Assembly: GCA_963721455.1 (NCBI GenBank)
Contig: CAVRJG010000033.1
Span: 64,001 to 128,000, forward strand
DNA from: an uncultured Methanosarcinaceae archaeon
GTDB lineage: Archaea; Halobacteriota; Methanosarcinia; Methanosarcinales; Methanosarcinaceae
Direction of reading: 5' to 3'
DNA: 64,000 nucleotides
Below the pieces are notes generated by a model, which did not search any database, was not told where the DNA came from, and saw only the letters and a program-made list of their open reading frames with translations. Every line of letters starts with the position of its first letter. Position 1 is the first letter of the stretch. The translations under genes and the position numbers were made by a program. Below, one piece after another: positions 10,343 through 20,795 of the stretch.

Positions 10343-11258
10343 GATACCTTTTTCCTGCCATTAAATAAATAGTTTATGAAAACATGAAACTGTGGGAAAT
10401 CTTAGAAATTTACGGTGAAAAAATTCAGATACTCAGCCTATGAATATTCATGCAATGTTTCCCCTATCTATCACTTTTTTAAACTTGTCTGCTTTCCAGA
10501 TTAGAGATGTAAAATTAAAGCTCTCTTTTACTGGTTAGTATATAAAAAAGAAATGTTAGTATCTAACCCTCAAGACGTTTTTGATATCATCTAATATATA
10601 AGTCCTTTATATAAGTCGTTTAGTGAGCTTATTACTGGTGTTTTTTAACATCGACGTGTATTTTGGATAGAAAAACTGGAAAAAAGAGAAAAAGAAAAGA
10701 GAACATGGAGGGGATAAATTTTCTCTTTTCTCGTCAAAACAGTAAACTTTCCCATCATTTAAAAAACTTTTGAGAGTTTATTTTACATTGTCCGGAAGCT
10801 TCATAAATTCAAAGAGATGGTTAAAGAACTGAAGAAACTGAAAAAATTCTTTATTAGCTGGTCTGGAAACTAGGAAAACCGCCCTTAATAACCGATGCCG
10901 AACAGCAGGAAACTTCAGGAAAAGTCGAACGATTCTAAGCTTTCTTGGTAAAGAGGAGAAAGTGGCAAACTCAAACGGTGGAAAATTGGAGCAGCTAACG
11001 GATAAAAAAATCGTTTTCCGGTTCTGGGGGACTACCAGCCTTCAATGTTCAAAAGAGCTCGATGCTGTTAAGAAACCGGGTAGAAAGAAACTGGTCCTTT
11101 CCTGAACAGCTTTCTTTACAGTTTTTCGTAGCTCACCTCGTGATTGATGATTTTAGTCAATACATGAAACTATCTGGATTTATAGTAAAAGATGGTGGTA
11201 TAAAAGTATCCACCCTTTTCTTTGAAAAAATGCAATGTAACCATCGTGAGATCTCCTT

Positions 11259-14069
11259 TTATTCGGTTCTCCCTCGACGTATGACGATTTTGCTTAATTC
11301 GCGCAGCCACAGCACCGAACTCGCCACTGCTGCGCAGAGTAGCCAATCGCCAGGGCTCAAGCTCACGGTCGAAAATGCCTGTTGCAGAAACGGGATGTAA
11401 ACAACCGCCACCTGCAACAAAAGAGACAACATGACCGCTCCCCACAGCCATTTGTTTGAGAACAATCCAGCGAATGCGCTCTGCTTATCCGAACGCGCAT
11501 TGAAAACGACGAAAAGCGAAAAGAAAACCACTGTGGTAAAGGCCATTGTCTGCGCATAACGCAGGTTGCCTGAGCCTTCGATCAAACCCCCCGGTAGACT
11601 GGCATCCAGTATGAGCAGTGTCCCAGCTGCCATGATTACACCTGTAAAGAGGTTGCCAGCCCACATGCTACGGGTGATCACCCCTTCTTCCCGCGGGCGC
11701 GGCGGTTCTTTCATTAGTCCCGGATCCGCCGGGTCAACGCCGAGCGCGAGTGCGGGTGGGCCGTCCGAGATAAGGTTGATCCACAGGATCTGAGTCGCCA
11801 GCAACGGCAGCACTATCCCGGCTCCACCTTCTGCAGTCAGCCCTATCACGTCCGCCAGCAGAATGCCGAAAAACATTATCATCACTTCCCCAAGGTTTGA
11901 GGAAAGCAGATATCGCAAGAACTTACGGATATTAGAAAAGATAGCGCGCCCTTCTTCGACAGCCCCGACAATGGTCGCGAAATTGTCGTCCGCGAGCACA
12001 ACGTCGGAGGCTTCTTTGGAAACATCCGTTCCAGTAATGCCCATCGCCACTCCGATATCGGCAGTTTTCAAAGCTGGCGCATCGTTGACCCCGTCGCCCG
12101 TCATCGCCACAATCGCCCCTCCGCGTTGTAACGCTTTCACGATCCGAAGTTTATGTTCGGGATTGACGCGCGCATAAACCGACACTTTTTGAACAGTCTG
12201 GGCAAGCGTTTCCTCAGACATTTTCTCAAGCTCGGTACCCGTAACAGCCTGCCCTTCAGTGGGAATGCCGAGTTCTTCAGCAATGACTGTAGCAGTTTTA
12301 GGATGATCGCCTGTAATCATTATCGGGCGAACACCCGCGGCCATCGCGCGCGCAACTGCATCCTTCGCTTCCCTGCGCGGCGGATCAATCATACCGATCA
12401 ATCCAAGGAAGACGAGGTCTTTCTCGACATCCTCATCTAACTCTTCCTGCTTAAACGCGTCCTTCGGCAGCGTGCGGAAAGCGACCGCGAGTGTTCGTAG
12501 AGCTTCGCCGGCCAGTTCTTCATTGCTCTTCAAAATTTCAGCGCTACGTTCCGCAGTCAGGGGTTTGATCTCGTCTCCTACAAGCTCCTGTGTACAGCGG
12601 GCAAGCAATACATCCGGTGCACCTTTGGTGAAGGCGAGCAGCCTTTCCTCTTGCTCGGCATCACTATGAACCGTGCTCATCAGTTTGCGCTCCGACGAGA
12701 AAGGCACTTCTCCGACGCGTTCCAGCCGCGCATTGAGCGCCTCAGCTTCCAGGCCGGCTTTGCGCGCCGCGACGATCAATGCTCCTTCGGTCGGGTCGCC
12801 ATGTACCGCCCAGCGCCCATCGCGCTCATGTAGCACGGCGTTGCTAGCGCGGTCGGCGGCTGCAAGCGCACGTACAAACTCGAACTGGAGCGCCCCATCA
12901 ATCTTCCCTCCTCCCTCCCTGCGCACATCACCTTCGGGGGCATAACCCGTACCTTCAAAATTGACGCGCCCGCTAGCGGTGACGACCGCAAGTACAGTCA
13001 TCTCGTTCTTCGTGAGCGTGCCCGTTTTATCAGAGGCGATGATATTCGCCGAGCCGAGAGTTTCGACAGCCGCGAGATGGCGTACAATGGCATTTTTCCG
13101 CGCCATGCGCTGCACACCGAGAGAGAGCACGACTGTCACCACCGCAGGCAAGCTTTCCGGCACCGCCGCGACCGCAAGCGCCACCCCTAAAATGAGCACG
13201 TCAAAAAGGGCTGAGAAACCTCTCACGTCTTCGACCAGGATGATCGTTGTGATTATCACGACGGCAATGACGATAACGACGCTCCCTAGCAGTTTACCAA
13301 CGCGGTGAAGTTCCTTTTGTAGCGGGGTAGATTCTATCGGCGTTTCTTTGAGCATCCCGGCAATGCGTCCCATCTCGGTCTGCATTCCAGTTGCTGTGAC
13401 CACTGCACGCCCGTGCCCGTAAACAGCCACAGTGCCGCTAAAGATCATATTATCGCGGTCGCCGAGCCCGACCTCTTCTGCAATTGACAGGTTATCCTTC
13501 AAGACCGGCAGGCTCTCGCCTGTCAGTGCCGCCTCGGCCGTTTGAAGCACAGTTGACTGAATCACTCGAGCATCCGCCGGGACAGTGTTGCCTTCTTCAA
13601 TGATGATAATGTCGCCGGGCACGACCTCAGTTGCCGGAATGCTCTGCCGCGTTCCGTCCCGAATAACACTGGCTTGTGCCGCCGTCATCTGGCGCAGCGC
13701 AGCCATTGCTTCCTCCGCTCGTGACTGCTGAATATAGCCCATGATCGCATTGAGCAGTACGACAGCGAAGATAGCAATCGCTTCGTAAGGTAATGCCGAA
13801 TCGCGCTCATACAGCCACAGTCCTGCCGAAATTATTGTTGCGATAAGCAGCAGGACAACGAGCACATCTTGAAACTGCGCCAGGAATTTTCTCCACGCAG
13901 GCACGGGCTTCTCTGCCATTAATTCATTCTTGCCGTACCTGTCGAGCCGCGCCCGCACCTCCCCTTCGCTCAAGCCGCTCCGTGCATCCGTATCGAACGC
14001 GGTTAATACTTCATTAACAGGCTGTCGATAAGGGATAATCTGATCTCGCTGAATGGTCATGGTGCTCAT
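11259..14069 (-). CDS. Cation-transporting P-type ATPase (type II, Ca2+-ATPase-like)
   Basis: TGES, PESL (canonical PEGL), [27 protein letters not shown] and QILWINL motifs. Confidence 0.95.
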   Translation of the reverse strand: MSTMTIQRDQIIPYRQPVNEVLTAFDTDARSGLSEGEVRARLDRYGKNELMAEKPVPAWRKFLAQFQDVLVVLLLIATIISAGLWLYERDSALPYEAIAIFAVVLLNAIMGYIQQSRAEEAMAALRQMTAAQASVIRDGTRQSIPATEVVPGDIIIIEEGNTVPADARVIQSTVLQTAEAALTGESLPVLKDNLSIAEEVGLGDRDNMIFSGTVAVYGHGRAVVTATGMQTEMGRIAGMLKETPIESTPLQKELHRVGKLLGSVVIVIAVVIITTIILVEDVRGFSALFDVLILGVALAVAAVPESLPAVVTVVLSLGVQRMARKNAIVRHLAAVETLGSANIIASDKTGTLTKNEMTVLAVVTASGRVNFEGTGYAPEGDVRREGGGKIDGALQFEFVRALAAADRASNAVLHERDGRWAVHGDPTEGALIVAARKAGLEAEALNARLERVGEVPFSSERKLMSTVHSDAEQEERLLAFTKGAPDVLLARCTQELVGDEIKPLTAERSAEILKSNEELAGEALRTLAVAFRTLPKDAFKQEELDEDVEKDLVFLGLIGMIDPPRREAKDAVARAMAAGVRPIMITGDHPKTATVIAEELGIPTEGQAVTGTELEKMSEETLAQTVQKVSVYARVNPEHKLRIVKALQRGGAIVAMTGDGVNDAPALKTADIGVAMGITGTDVSKEASDVVLADDNFATIVGAVEEGRAIFSNIRKFLRYLLSSNLGEVMIMFFGILLADVIGLTAEGGAGIVLPLLATQILWINLISDGPPALALGVDPADPGLMKEPPRPREEGVITRSMWAGNLFTGVIMAAGTLLILDASLPGGLIEGSGNLRYAQTMAFTTVVFFSLFVVFNARSDKQSAFAGLFSNKWLWGAVMLSLLLQVAVVYIPFLQQAFSTVSLSPGDWLLCAAVASSVLWLRELSKIVIRRGRTE

Positions 14070-14070
14070 C

Positions 14071-14136
14071 TTAAATCCTTTTTCGCTTGCCTTGGGGCTT
14101 CATGAGTGCGTTCATCAGCGGGTGTGCGGTGCTCAT
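14071..14136 (-). CDS. Possible 21-aa upstream ORF MSTAHPLMNALMKPQGKRKRI
   Basis: AGGAGA RBS; the TAA ends 1 nt before the ATPase ATG. Confidence 0.35.
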   Translation of the reverse strand: MSTAHPLMNALMKPQGKRKRI

Positions 14137-14392
14137 GATATTCTCCTGTCGATCAAACATTTTTTGGATTCATCCACCTGCATCATATGGGAATGAAGGA
14201 TATTTCATCGAAAAGCAATATCAAACGTAAGAAGAGTGTTAGAAATAAATAGTCAGCATTAATACAGGCATAATAGATCAGTGCTTACAGATGTTATCAT
14301 GATGGTCATAATTTTCGAGCGTAATCCTCTTTGATCCTTCATCAACAGAACCGAAAAATATTAAATATCTGCTGAAAATGAAATACGGAGAA

Positions 14393-14653
14393 TTAATATC
14401 TCCGAATGTATTGTTTAAAATAAGCTTCCTCAATCGGACTTTTCTTTTTCTCTGCGGTGCTGATCCCGAGAATGGAATACGGAGTGCAGTGTTTCAGGAT
14501 TGAACTAAAGAGTCCCGTAAAAGCAATCGCTGCAATAATCCACTTCCAGGGAGACCTTTTTACAAGGCCCGTTGAAAGCGCGATAATTGCAAGTGTTCCA
14601 AATGTGGTTCGGAACAGGAGATCAAAGCCTCCTACATTTTCTTCCAGAAACAA
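14393..14653 (-). CDS. DUF2892/YgaP-like small membrane protein
   Basis: ENVGGFD..R, two TM helices and the CTPYSILGIST motif. Confidence 0.85.
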   Translation of the reverse strand: MFLEENVGGFDLLFRTTFGTLAIIALSTGLVKRSPWKWIIAAIAFTGLFSSILKHCTPYSILGISTAEKKKSPIEEAYFKQYIRRY

Positions 14654-14730
14654 TTTTTTGAGATTCGTCGGACAAAACCCCCTTATAAACCCTCTTACAT
14701 ATTATAGATCCCTTCAATATATAGCGTTAT

Positions 14731-14770
14731 TCTGTTAAGATTCGTTAAGATTCTGTTAAGATTCTGTTTA
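14731..14770. repeat. Short tandem repeat (TTCTGTTAAGA) x about 4
   Basis: Directly visible between the DUF2892 gene and ycaO. Confidence 0.8.
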
Positions 14771-14880
14771 TATTTCGCTTGCTAAAAGCCCCTTAAATAA
14801 AATATGCAAAACTTCCCTGAAAAGATTCGATATCCGGAAAATAACAAAATATATAACAAGAGATGAGAAGGTTTCTAACT

Positions 14881-16155
14881 ATGCCCGAAATAAAAATTGA
14901 CAGGTCTCTCTCATATCTCGAAGGTACGCAGCGAGTATATGACGAAGCCACAACTCTGGAAAACACCAAAGACCAGATAAAAAAGATAGGTGTTACCCGA
15001 ATTGCAGACATTACAAACCTGGACAGGCTGGGAATCCCTATTTTCTCGGCAATCCGCCCCAGTGCCGCAAAGGGAGCGATCAGCATCTACTCAGGCAAGG
15101 GCTCGACCCAGCAGAGAGCCCGGATTTCGGCGATAATGGAGAGTTTTGAGCGTTGCCTTGCAGAAAGGCCGGGCCTGAACTCAAACATTTCAGGCAGCAT
15201 TTCCGCCCCGGCACTGGTGGAATCCTATGCCGGCGCCATAGAAAAATGCAGCGTGCTTGACCCAAAAGCCCTGCTTCTGCCCCAGCCCTATACTCCCCAA
15301 TCCCTGATGGAATGGGTTGGAGCGTACGATTTGATGAACAGGGAAGAAGTTTTCGTAAGCGCCAATGCGGTTTACCACCCCTATGACTCGCCGGGACAGT
15401 GCCAAAAACTTTTCCTGAGCAATACCAATGGGCTGGCGTCCGGAAACGTAATTGAGGAAGCCATTCTGCATGGGATGCTCGAGGTCATAGAAAGGGACGC
15501 GATCAGCACGGCCCAGTTTTCCCGCAACCTGGGAAAGGAAATCGTGCTGACTGAAGAAGATGGGTACCTGTACGAACTTGCCAGAAAGTTCAAAGATGAA
15601 GGAATAGAACTGAAGGTATGGCTGGTTCCCTCAGACACAGGGATTCCGACAGTAATTGCGGCAACTGATGATGTAAAATTGAAGGATCCGGCTCTCCTTG
15701 TCATGGGGGCAGGCTCCCACCTGAAACCTGAAATTGCAGTTGCCAGAGCCATAACCGAAGCCGCCCAGTCGCGGGTAGTCCAGATTCAGGGAGCAAGGGA
15801 AGATACGGACAGGGAAGGCTTTATCCGGAGTGTAGGATATGACCGGATGAAGCGCCTGAACTGGTTCTGGTTCGAAGACGGAGAAAAAGTATCCCTTTCT
15901 GAAGTGCAGGATCTGTCCAGGGGAAGTCCGGCAGAAAACATAGACGTGATACTCGAAAAACTCAATGGCCTTGCCGAAAGAGTGCTGGTAGTAGACCTCT
16001 CAAGGGAAGAAGTCGCAGTGCCGGTTGTCAGGGTAATCATCCCCGGATTTGAGCTTTTCACTATTGACCGCGACCGCAAAGGAAAAAGGATCAATTCCGG
16101 AAAGAAGAAAGACTTTTCAAGAGACCGAAACGAAAAACCGTGGAAAAGAAGATGA
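14881..16155 (+). CDS. ycaO: YcaO-family McrA glycine thioamidation protein
   Basis: GVTRIADITNLDRLGIP, SGKG, SAIMESFER, SNTNGLASGN, EVIERDA and RAITEAAQSR; adjacent to tfuA. Confidence 0.95.
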   Translation: MPEIKIDRSLSYLEGTQRVYDEATTLENTKDQIKKIGVTRIADITNLDRLGIPIFSAIRPSAAKGAISIYSGKGSTQQRARISAIMESFERCLAERPGLNSNISGSISAPALVESYAGAIEKCSVLDPKALLLPQPYTPQSLMEWVGAYDLMNREEVFVSANAVYHPYDSPGQCQKLFLSNTNGLASGNVIEEAILHGMLEVIERDAISTAQFSRNLGKEIVLTEEDGYLYELARKFKDEGIELKVWLVPSDTGIPTVIAATDDVKLKDPALLVMGAGSHLKPEIAVARAITEAAQSRVVQIQGAREDTDREGFIRSVGYDRMKRLNWFWFEDGEKVSLSEVQDLSRGSPAENIDVILEKLNGLAERVLVVDLSREEVAVPVVRVIIPGFELFTIDRDRKGKRINSGKKKDFSRDRNEKPWKRR

Positions 16156-16811
16156 AGGCAAGAGCGGTAATCTTTACAGGTAACAGCATCAGCCATGAGG
16201 ACGCAAAAAAAGTCCTCAGGGCAAACTACCAGCCTCCTGTACGCAGATTCCAGCTTGAAAAATTCGTCCAGAAAGGGTATAAGGTCATAGGAATAATAGA
16301 CGGGATCTTTTTTGACCGGGCTGCTGTAGGGCACAGGGAGATCATGTCCGCCCTTGATGCAGGAGTAAAGGTAGTCGGGGGAGCCAGCATGGGAGCCCTC
16401 AGGGCCTCGGAACTGGATACCCACGGGATGGTAGGAGTGGGAAAGGTTTACGAATGGTACAGGGACGGTGTAATTGAATCCGATGATGAGGTAGCCGTAA
16501 GCACAAACCCTGATACTTTCGAACCTATTTCCGTACCCCTTGTCAATATCAGGGAAACCCTGAGAGCCGCGCTCGAATCAGGACTTGTAAGCGAAAAAGA
16601 GCAATCTGCCCTTCTGGACCTTGCGATTAACACGTATTATCAGGACAGAAGCTATTTCGGGCTTGTAAAAGAAGGGACTAGAAAAGGCCTGATCCCGGAA
16701 GAGAAGGGAAAAAACCTGTTCGAGTTCTGCACCAAAAATGAAGTTGACGTAAAAAGGCAAGATGCAATCCTTGTGCTCGAAACCATAAAAAAGCTGGTTG
16801 AAGAGGCCTGA
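16152..16811 (+). CDS. tfuA: TfuA-family McrA thioamidation protein
   Basis: IIDGIF, HREI, GGASMGALRASEL and DDEVAV; ATGA overlap with the ycaO stop. Confidence 0.95.
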   Translation: MKARAVIFTGNSISHEDAKKVLRANYQPPVRRFQLEKFVQKGYKVIGIIDGIFFDRAAVGHREIMSALDAGVKVVGGASMGALRASELDTHGMVGVGKVYEWYRDGVIESDDEVAVSTNPDTFEPISVPLVNIRETLRAALESGLVSEKEQSALLDLAINTYYQDRSYFGLVKEGTRKGLIPEEKGKNLFEFCTKNEVDVKRQDAILVLETIKKLVEEA

Positions 16812-16892
16812 AACTTAAGGTCTCTTCAAATCAGCGGTTTCGGCTCTTCAAACCTTTTTTATTAGCGTGAGTTAAAAAAATCGTGGCTATAC

Positions 16893-17591
16893 CTACCAGA
16901 TTAACGGAATTAACCTGTAACGAGTTTTTTGACAGTATTCTTTATAACCAGGTAAGTTTTTGTAGAGAAACTTTTCTTCATCAAGAAGTCTCCAGACTAT
17001 GATCAGTGTGAGGGGAACGAGTATGAGCAGCCCCCACCACGAGCCGAGCGCAAGAGGAGTGCCTGAAAGCATAATGAGACCACCTGTGTACATAGGGTGG
17101 CGGACCATGCTATAAGGTCCCGTTGTTATTACTTTTTGATCGGGGAATACTTCAATGGTCGCAGCAGCAAAGGTGTTTTCTTTGAAAACGAGAAAGACGA
17201 GGAAAAATCCAAGAGCTACAAGGACGTCTCCCACAATAACAATATAGAGCGGAACATTCGACCACCTGGAACGGTGATCAAATGCCGGAATAACGAGAAG
17301 GGCAAAAAAGCATATGGAAGCAAACAGTTGTATGATCTTCTGAGTTTTCTCTTTCTCAGCTTCAGGTCCCGCCTTAACCCTGCGTTCCAAAAGTTTCGGG
17401 TCTTTTTTCCACAAATAAATAGTGATCACCGCTGTTGACACAACAAAGATAATCAAATAAACCCATGCCTGCCAGAAATTAAATGACCAGGCAGGGGCAA
17501 AAAGGAATAGCCCCAACATGACAATAAGCTGAACGAAGCCGAAAAGAGTTTTTCTTTTCAGATCGTAACTGCTTTTGTCAATAGCATTCAT
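16893..17591 (-). CDS. Isoprenylcysteine carboxyl methyltransferase (ICMT/PEMT) family membrane protein
   Basis: VITTGPYSMVRHPMY, EEKFL and YRLIP motifs. Confidence 0.9.
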   Translation of the reverse strand: MNAIDKSSYDLKRKTLFGFVQLIVMLGLFLFAPAWSFNFWQAWVYLIIFVVSTAVITIYLWKKDPKLLERRVKAGPEAEKEKTQKIIQLFASICFFALLVIPAFDHRSRWSNVPLYIVIVGDVLVALGFFLVFLVFKENTFAAATIEVFPDQKVITTGPYSMVRHPMYTGGLIMLSGTPLALGSWWGLLILVPLTLIIVWRLLDEEKFLYKNLPGYKEYCQKTRYRLIPLIW

Positions 17592-17846
17592 CTTATTAAT
17601 TCCGTTATTAAAACGTAAAACGCTTTTGCAATCTTTGCCATAGTTTGAACTCCTGGCTTATTAACAACACTCCAAACCATTTTGCAATTATGCTCTCTGG
17701 CATTTATCTTTCGGAACTGCTGTCTGCACCGAACTTTATTTCAGGACAAAAAGTTCCACATTCTAAAGCATGGCGAGTATATTTCTTGAATCGATCTCAT
17801 TTTCTCGAATCGACCTCATATTTCCTTTACCCTTTCGCGGAGTCCT

Positions 17847-18104
17847 TCAACGCCTTACAATGTAGAGCCTGATGATGTACAGGCTTACAATCAGGACAAT
17901 GAAATTATAAACTGCCCTGAAAATGGGGGTATACTGATACTCGAACCACATCTCGATTATCTGCTCTATGGAAAAATAGAGCTGGAAGGTAGCCACAAAC
18001 GATAGCAACATGGCAATGAGGAAAACTCCTTTTTTAAAGTTCTCCCCCATGTCTGACAGTTTTTCCCCTTTTGTTTCTGGCCTCATATCTGCTGCTTCAC
18101 TCAC
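17847..18104 (-). CDS. Small two-TM membrane protein
   Basis: Two hydrophobic helices; 4-nt overlap with the upstream PGF-CTERM gene. Confidence 0.75.
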   Translation of the reverse strand: MSEAADMRPETKGEKLSDMGENFKKGVFLIAMLLSFVATFQLYFSIEQIIEMWFEYQYTPIFRAVYNFIVLIVSLYIIRLYIVRR

Positions 18105-19069
18105 CCAAACCGCCTCCTGAGAACTGCTGCCGAACAGAGCAGGACTGCAGACAATAACAGGCCGAATCCTGGTGTTGCACTTTCTCCTTTTGTAGCTCCC
18201 TCTTCCGGTGCCATTCTATTATCCTCCACGTTTTCGAATTCGCTTGTCTGGATCTTCCGAGCTTCAGTGGTATTTCTGTTCTTAACCTCAACGGTGGGGC
18301 TTAGGTGGATGTAGTCTTCTCCACGCTTGACTATAGTATCATTATTCCAGATCAGGACTTCGACAACGTAGTTGTACTGGTCAGGCATTGTCAGATTGAC
18401 ACTCTGGATGACTGTTGTCTGGGGCTTGATTGCTCCTGTCTGGACCCAGACCTTATCTGCAAGAAGCCCGGCATCCATTTCGCGGACTTTAATCAGCATG
18501 CGGAAGTCCTGGCTTGTTTCTTTCCCCTCATTTGTCAGGTAGATGTCGTTTTCAATGAGAACTTTCCCGCTTTTTACTTCCCGAACCTTGAAGTCCATTT
18601 CGGAAATCTCAAGCCCTATATCCTGCACATCTGCAGGCAGAGAATCCAGGTTGTAAATATTGATTTCCCCCTTGCTCTTCTGGGTATTTTCTTCAAAAAT
18701 AACGGAACGAATATCGTATCCTCCGGTTTTAGGGAGGCTCAGGGTCTGGCTTACAGCTTTAGTTTCTCCTTTTTCTAAAACCCCGAGTTCCAGCTCTTTC
18801 TGCACTTCAAGCAGCCCGCTTTCCCTGCTATACGCTTTAAGGAGAAGAGAAGTGTTTTTTGCTGTGCGTCCTTCGTTTTTCTCAATGTATGTTGTGACAT
18901 TGAGATCTACGAAAGCAGTTCCTACACGGTCTGCCGAGATGTCCATATCTATGATATTGTAATAGCTTTCTTCTTCAAAACTCCGGACGCAGCCGCTTCC
19001 GAAAACGAAGGTGATAATAAAAAACATTAAAAATAAGGTTTGAACTGGCTTAATTCCCAGTTTTTTCAA
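18101..19069 (-). CDS. Secreted surface protein with lipobox-like GSGC and PGF-CTERM sorting signal
   Basis: N-terminal signal ending FGSGC; C-terminal TPGFGLLLSAVLLCSAAVLRRRFG. Confidence 0.88.
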   Translation of the reverse strand: MKKLGIKPVQTLFLMFFIITFVFGSGCVRSFEEESYYNIIDMDISADRVGTAFVDLNVTTYIEKNEGRTAKNTSLLLKAYSRESGLLEVQKELELGVLEKGETKAVSQTLSLPKTGGYDIRSVIFEENTQKSKGEINIYNLDSLPADVQDIGLEISEMDFKVREVKSGKVLIENDIYLTNEGKETSQDFRMLIKVREMDAGLLADKVWVQTGAIKPQTTVIQSVNLTMPDQYNYVVEVLIWNNDTIVKRGEDYIHLSPTVEVKNRNTTEARKIQTSEFENVEDNRMAPEEGATKGESATPGFGLLLSAVLLCSAAVLRRRFG

Positions 19070-19220
19070 GATCGGCCCTCCTCTGTGTTAATAATATCTG
19101 AAAGTATATGTTATTTGCCTTCATGAACACTTCTTCCTTTTCTTGGAAAATTATTGGATGAAAATTATTAATATGAACACATCGATATTCAGATAGGGAG
19201 TAAAATGAGGTGGTCAGAGC

Positions 19221-19298
19221 ATGGAGAGCAAGCCTTATAGAAAGATTCTAATCGCGGCATGTGGCTCTGAAAGTGCCAGAAAAACAGCAAGCCTGTAA
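19221..19298 (+). pseudogene. Internally deleted USP copy (MESKPYRKILIAACGSESARKTASL*)
   Basis: Matches the start (MESKFYRKIMIATDGSESAR) and the end (SL*) of the USP at 20289-20741; the flanking DNA is also duplicated. Confidence 0.8.
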
Positions 19299-19352
19299 AA
19301 GGATGAAAATCCGGAATATAGGGATAATAAATCCAGAACATGAGGGGTAGTT

Positions 19353-19847
19353 ATGGAAGAGACTATTGAGATGAAATCTAAACCACGCAGACAGATTTTG
19401 ATCGCTATCGACGGCTCAGAAACCGCAAAAGAAGCAGCAGATTTCGGAGTAGAAATGGTTGGGTGCAGTGGGGCAAAGGTCTATGTCATATATGTTATTG
19501 AAACAACACCTTATCGCTCAGTTCCGCTGGATCAAATCTGGTCAAACAGTGTGCTTGAAGAATACGAGAAAGAAGGGCATGAAGCAACCTCTTATGTGGA
19601 GAAGATTGCAAAAGATGCGGGAATGGAAGTTGAATCCAGGGTGCTTAAAGGAAATCCGGCTGAAAAGATTGTGACTTTTGCAGAAGATAATAATATCGAT
19701 ATGATCATAATGGGATCGCTTGGAAAAGGCGGATATGAGCGTCTTGTAATGGGAAGTGTATCTGAAAAAGTCATGAGACACGCAAAAATCCCGGTCCTGG
19801 TTGTCCGAAACCGACATAAAAGTGAGAAAAAGTTGATACAAGAATAA
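19353..19847 (+). CDS. Universal stress protein
   Basis: ILIAIDGS, GNPAEKI, MGSLGKGG and GSVSEKV motifs. Confidence 0.93.
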   Translation: MEETIEMKSKPRRQILIAIDGSETAKEAADFGVEMVGCSGAKVYVIYVIETTPYRSVPLDQIWSNSVLEEYEKEGHEATSYVEKIAKDAGMEVESRVLKGNPAEKIVTFAEDNNIDMIIMGSLGKGGYERLVMGSVSEKVMRHAKIPVLVVRNRHKSEKKLIQE

Positions 19848-19944
19848 TCAGTCCTGAATAGATAAATGAAACAATCGGATTCTGTTAGAGTGAGATCGTT
19901 GAATTAAAGCATTAGCTTAAAACGGTTTAAATAAAGAGGGGAGT

Positions 19945-20169
19945 ATAGGAGAGATTTTTACAAAAATCCTGTTCTCAACCGATGGTTCTGAAAATTCAAA
20001 AAACACAGCTTTCTTAGAGCTTAAAATTGCAAAAAGGACTGGAGATGTGGTCTATACCATCTACATTGCCTGCATCTCCTGCTGTTCTCCTATTATGTTC
20101 CATTGCGGTACACCTGATTTCCGGTTTTCCCAGGTGATATCATCCCTCCAGTTAAAAACAATATTTTGA
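19945..20169 (+). pseudogene. Truncated USP remnant (ATA in place of a start codon)
   Basis: KILFSTDGSENSKNTAFLELKIAKRTGDVVYTIYIACISCCSPIM aligns with the N-half of the USP at 21823; GAGGGGAG RBS precedes ATA. Confidence 0.8.
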
Positions 20170-20288
20170 AGTGTATGTTCTTTTGCTTCCGAAGGTGTTT
20201 CGTCCTTTCATTAGGAAGTATTGAATGAAAATTATTAATATGAACACATGGATATTCAGATATGGGATAAAATTCGAGGGGTCAGGGT

Positions 20289-20741
20289 ATGGAGAGCAAG
20301 TTCTATAGAAAAATTATGATCGCAACCGACGGTTCTGAAAGCGCCAGATTCGCGGCAGATGCAGGAATTGAACTCGCTCGTCTCAGCGGGGCGAAAATCC
20401 AGGCAGTCTATGTTATTGATATTTTTGCTTATTTTTCGGTGCCGAAAGACCCAGGGTGGGAAGAGGTGATGTACGCCCAGTTCAGGGAGCTGGGTAGAGA
20501 AGCCGTCTCTTATGTTGAAACCGCGGCTGAAGATGCAGGGGTAGAGGCTGAAACCCTGATTCTTGAAGGGCACCCTGCAGAAAAGATCCTCAATTTTGCG
20601 GAAAAACAGGATATTGATATGATTGTAGTAGGCTCGCTCGGAAAAACAGATATTGAACGTTTCCTGATAGGCAGCGTATCCGAAAAAGTCGTCAGGAATG
20701 CAAAGGTCCCGGTCCTTGTCGTACGTGCAAAGAGCCTGTGA
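20289..20741 (+). CDS. Universal stress protein
   Basis: IMIATDGS, GHPAEKI, VGSLGK and GSVSEKV. Confidence 0.95.
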   Translation: MESKFYRKIMIATDGSESARFAADAGIELARLSGAKIQAVYVIDIFAYFSVPKDPGWEEVMYAQFRELGREAVSYVETAAEDAGVEAETLILEGHPAEKILNFAEKQDIDMIVVGSLGKTDIERFLIGSVSEKVVRNAKVPVLVVRAKSL

Positions 20742-20795
20742 AAAGATGAAAATCCAGAATACGGGGATAATAGATTCAGAACATGAGGGGTAAGT

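Noticed and set aside
10780-11170. Open stretch of about 84 codons without a convincing start (LLAGLETRK...KKLVLS), possibly a decayed gene
   Set aside because: No recognisable homology or RBS; it cannot be called without BLASTx.
14393-14860. RiPP precursor next to ycaO-tfuA
   Set aside because: The neighbour is a DUF2892 membrane protein, and methanogen YcaO-TfuA acts on McrA.
16872-16895. Amber stop of the ICMT-family gene as a new Pyl site
   Set aside because: A second TAG and a TAA follow within seven codons, so no domain is gained.
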